Part shown: positions 63,101 to 64,000 of the stretch, one piece after another
Position numbering within the stretch: the first letter of the stretch is position 1
How the letters are laid out: every line of letters starts with the position of its first letter
From: Selaginella moellendorffii
Lineage: Eukaryota; Plantae; Lycopodiophyta
DNA length: 64,000 nt
Reading direction: 5' to 3'
Assembly (NCBI RefSeq): GCF_000143415.4
Contig: NW_003314285.1
Span: 1,433,412-1,497,411, forward strand
The notes under the pieces: generated by a model
What the model was told of the DNA's origin: nothing
The model's database searches: none
The model's input: the letters and a program-made list of their open reading frames with translations, nothing else
Position numbers and translations under genes: made by a program

Positions 63101-63567
63101 TGTTTGTCCTTGTTCTGTGTTTGACTTAGGTTTAAGCCCAAGTTCCACACCATGCTAGCTAGTGAAGTACCCATATCCCATATCCTCGCATTAAGCTACC
63201 AATATGCTGAAATAGTGCCAAACTCTATTGGCTCCATTTCACGTGTTGGTCCTGGCATTGGGATGCTGGAAGCTCTAAGATTGTTCCAACATTGCTTGAT
63301 GCTCCTAAACCCTAAACCCTTTGCTCCTTGGGCTAAATGTTCAAGAGTCACTTCATGCTTCAATTCTTTCACTCTTTGGTTACAAGCTTCGGAATTTAGC
63401 TCTGTACTTTCATTTAGTGGCCTAAGGCCCTAAAACTCAAGTTCCACTCTATTGTCCTTAGGGACATGTGGCATATGACATATGGTATATAGAGGGTTTA
63501 AGTTTCACTCATGGTTATCCTATAATAAATTACAATAGGATAAAGGATAAAAACCACATATACTACA
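57130..63567 (+). mobile_element. Decayed copia-like LTR retroelement, copy 2 (5' LTR truncated)
   Basis: LTR end GCTACA at 57687, then PBS GGTATCAGAG. PPT AAGAGGGGGA at about 62704-62713. 3' LTR at about 62714-63567 with an internal deletion. The internal region is collinear with copy 1 and lacks both Cassandra insertions. Confidence 0.85.
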
Positions 63568-63569
63568 AG

Positions 63570-64000
63570 AAAGCTTTTGTAGTCACTATTCATAAAAGGT
63601 GGTAATAGTCATACAATAAATTAGTTTTCTTCTCCAGCCTTTTTAACACCAAGAGGTTATATGAAACCACAGAATTCCAACCGAACCATCACCCAATACA
63701 ATCATGGCATCTTCCATGGTTAACACCATGAAACTCGTCCACCAGATTCATGATGACTTAAGTCACATTCCAAACTTTGGAGGCACTTCATTTAACATAT
63801 AAGAGCTCTCAACTTTATGACACAAAGCAAAGTTCTAGGTTTTTGCTTGAGGTCGCAACAATCCACCTCAATGCATCAAGATAACATCCAGCTCTAAAGG
63901 ATGATATAACTAGCCTTTAGCCTCTCTTCATCCACCTATTTAATAGCTCCTAATATCACTACCAACTCTTCTCACGATGACATCTTTTCTCTCTTCTTTG
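63570..64000 (-). mobile_element. Possible retroelement pol remnant
   Basis: Decayed LVDEFHGVNHG segment, reminiscent of an integrase zinc finger; many stops. Confidence 0.25.

Overview
This is a compact land-plant nuclear region, with introns mostly 50-60 nt, very short intergenic spaces and a PLS-type PPR gene. That pattern fits a Selaginella-like lycophyte, but the species is my inference. Two gene-dense blocks alternate with two transposon-rich blocks. Block 1-22.4 kb holds PR-1 (partial), a DUF740 protein, UPF0426, RID3/Ipi3 WD40, a helicase-less DCL1-derived RNase III gene, ALG9, a PLAC8 protein, an F-box gene, a TPR-SET pseudogene, a divergent isoflavone-reductase-like/methylesterase pair and a PLATZ factor. 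Block 35.9-50.6 kb holds a neprosin, gene fragments, a B-lectin, a PPR, SF3B6, RKP, GDP-fucose synthase and a group I bZIP. The TE blocks (24-35 kb and 53-64 kb) contain two decayed copia-like LTR elements of one family, a solo LTR, two nested 5S-rRNA-bearing Cassandra TRIMs, a LINE remnant with a nested TRIM-like insertion, and 12-bp tandem-repeat modules. The most unusual item is the Dicer-derived gene. It has a Drosha-like architecture, an intact RNase IIIa site, an E-to-Q change at the RNase IIIb catalytic glutamate and a single 1-nt frameshift, and its stop codon lies 19 bp from the stop of the convergent RID3 gene. All calls come from manual translation and recalled family motifs; no database searches were run.
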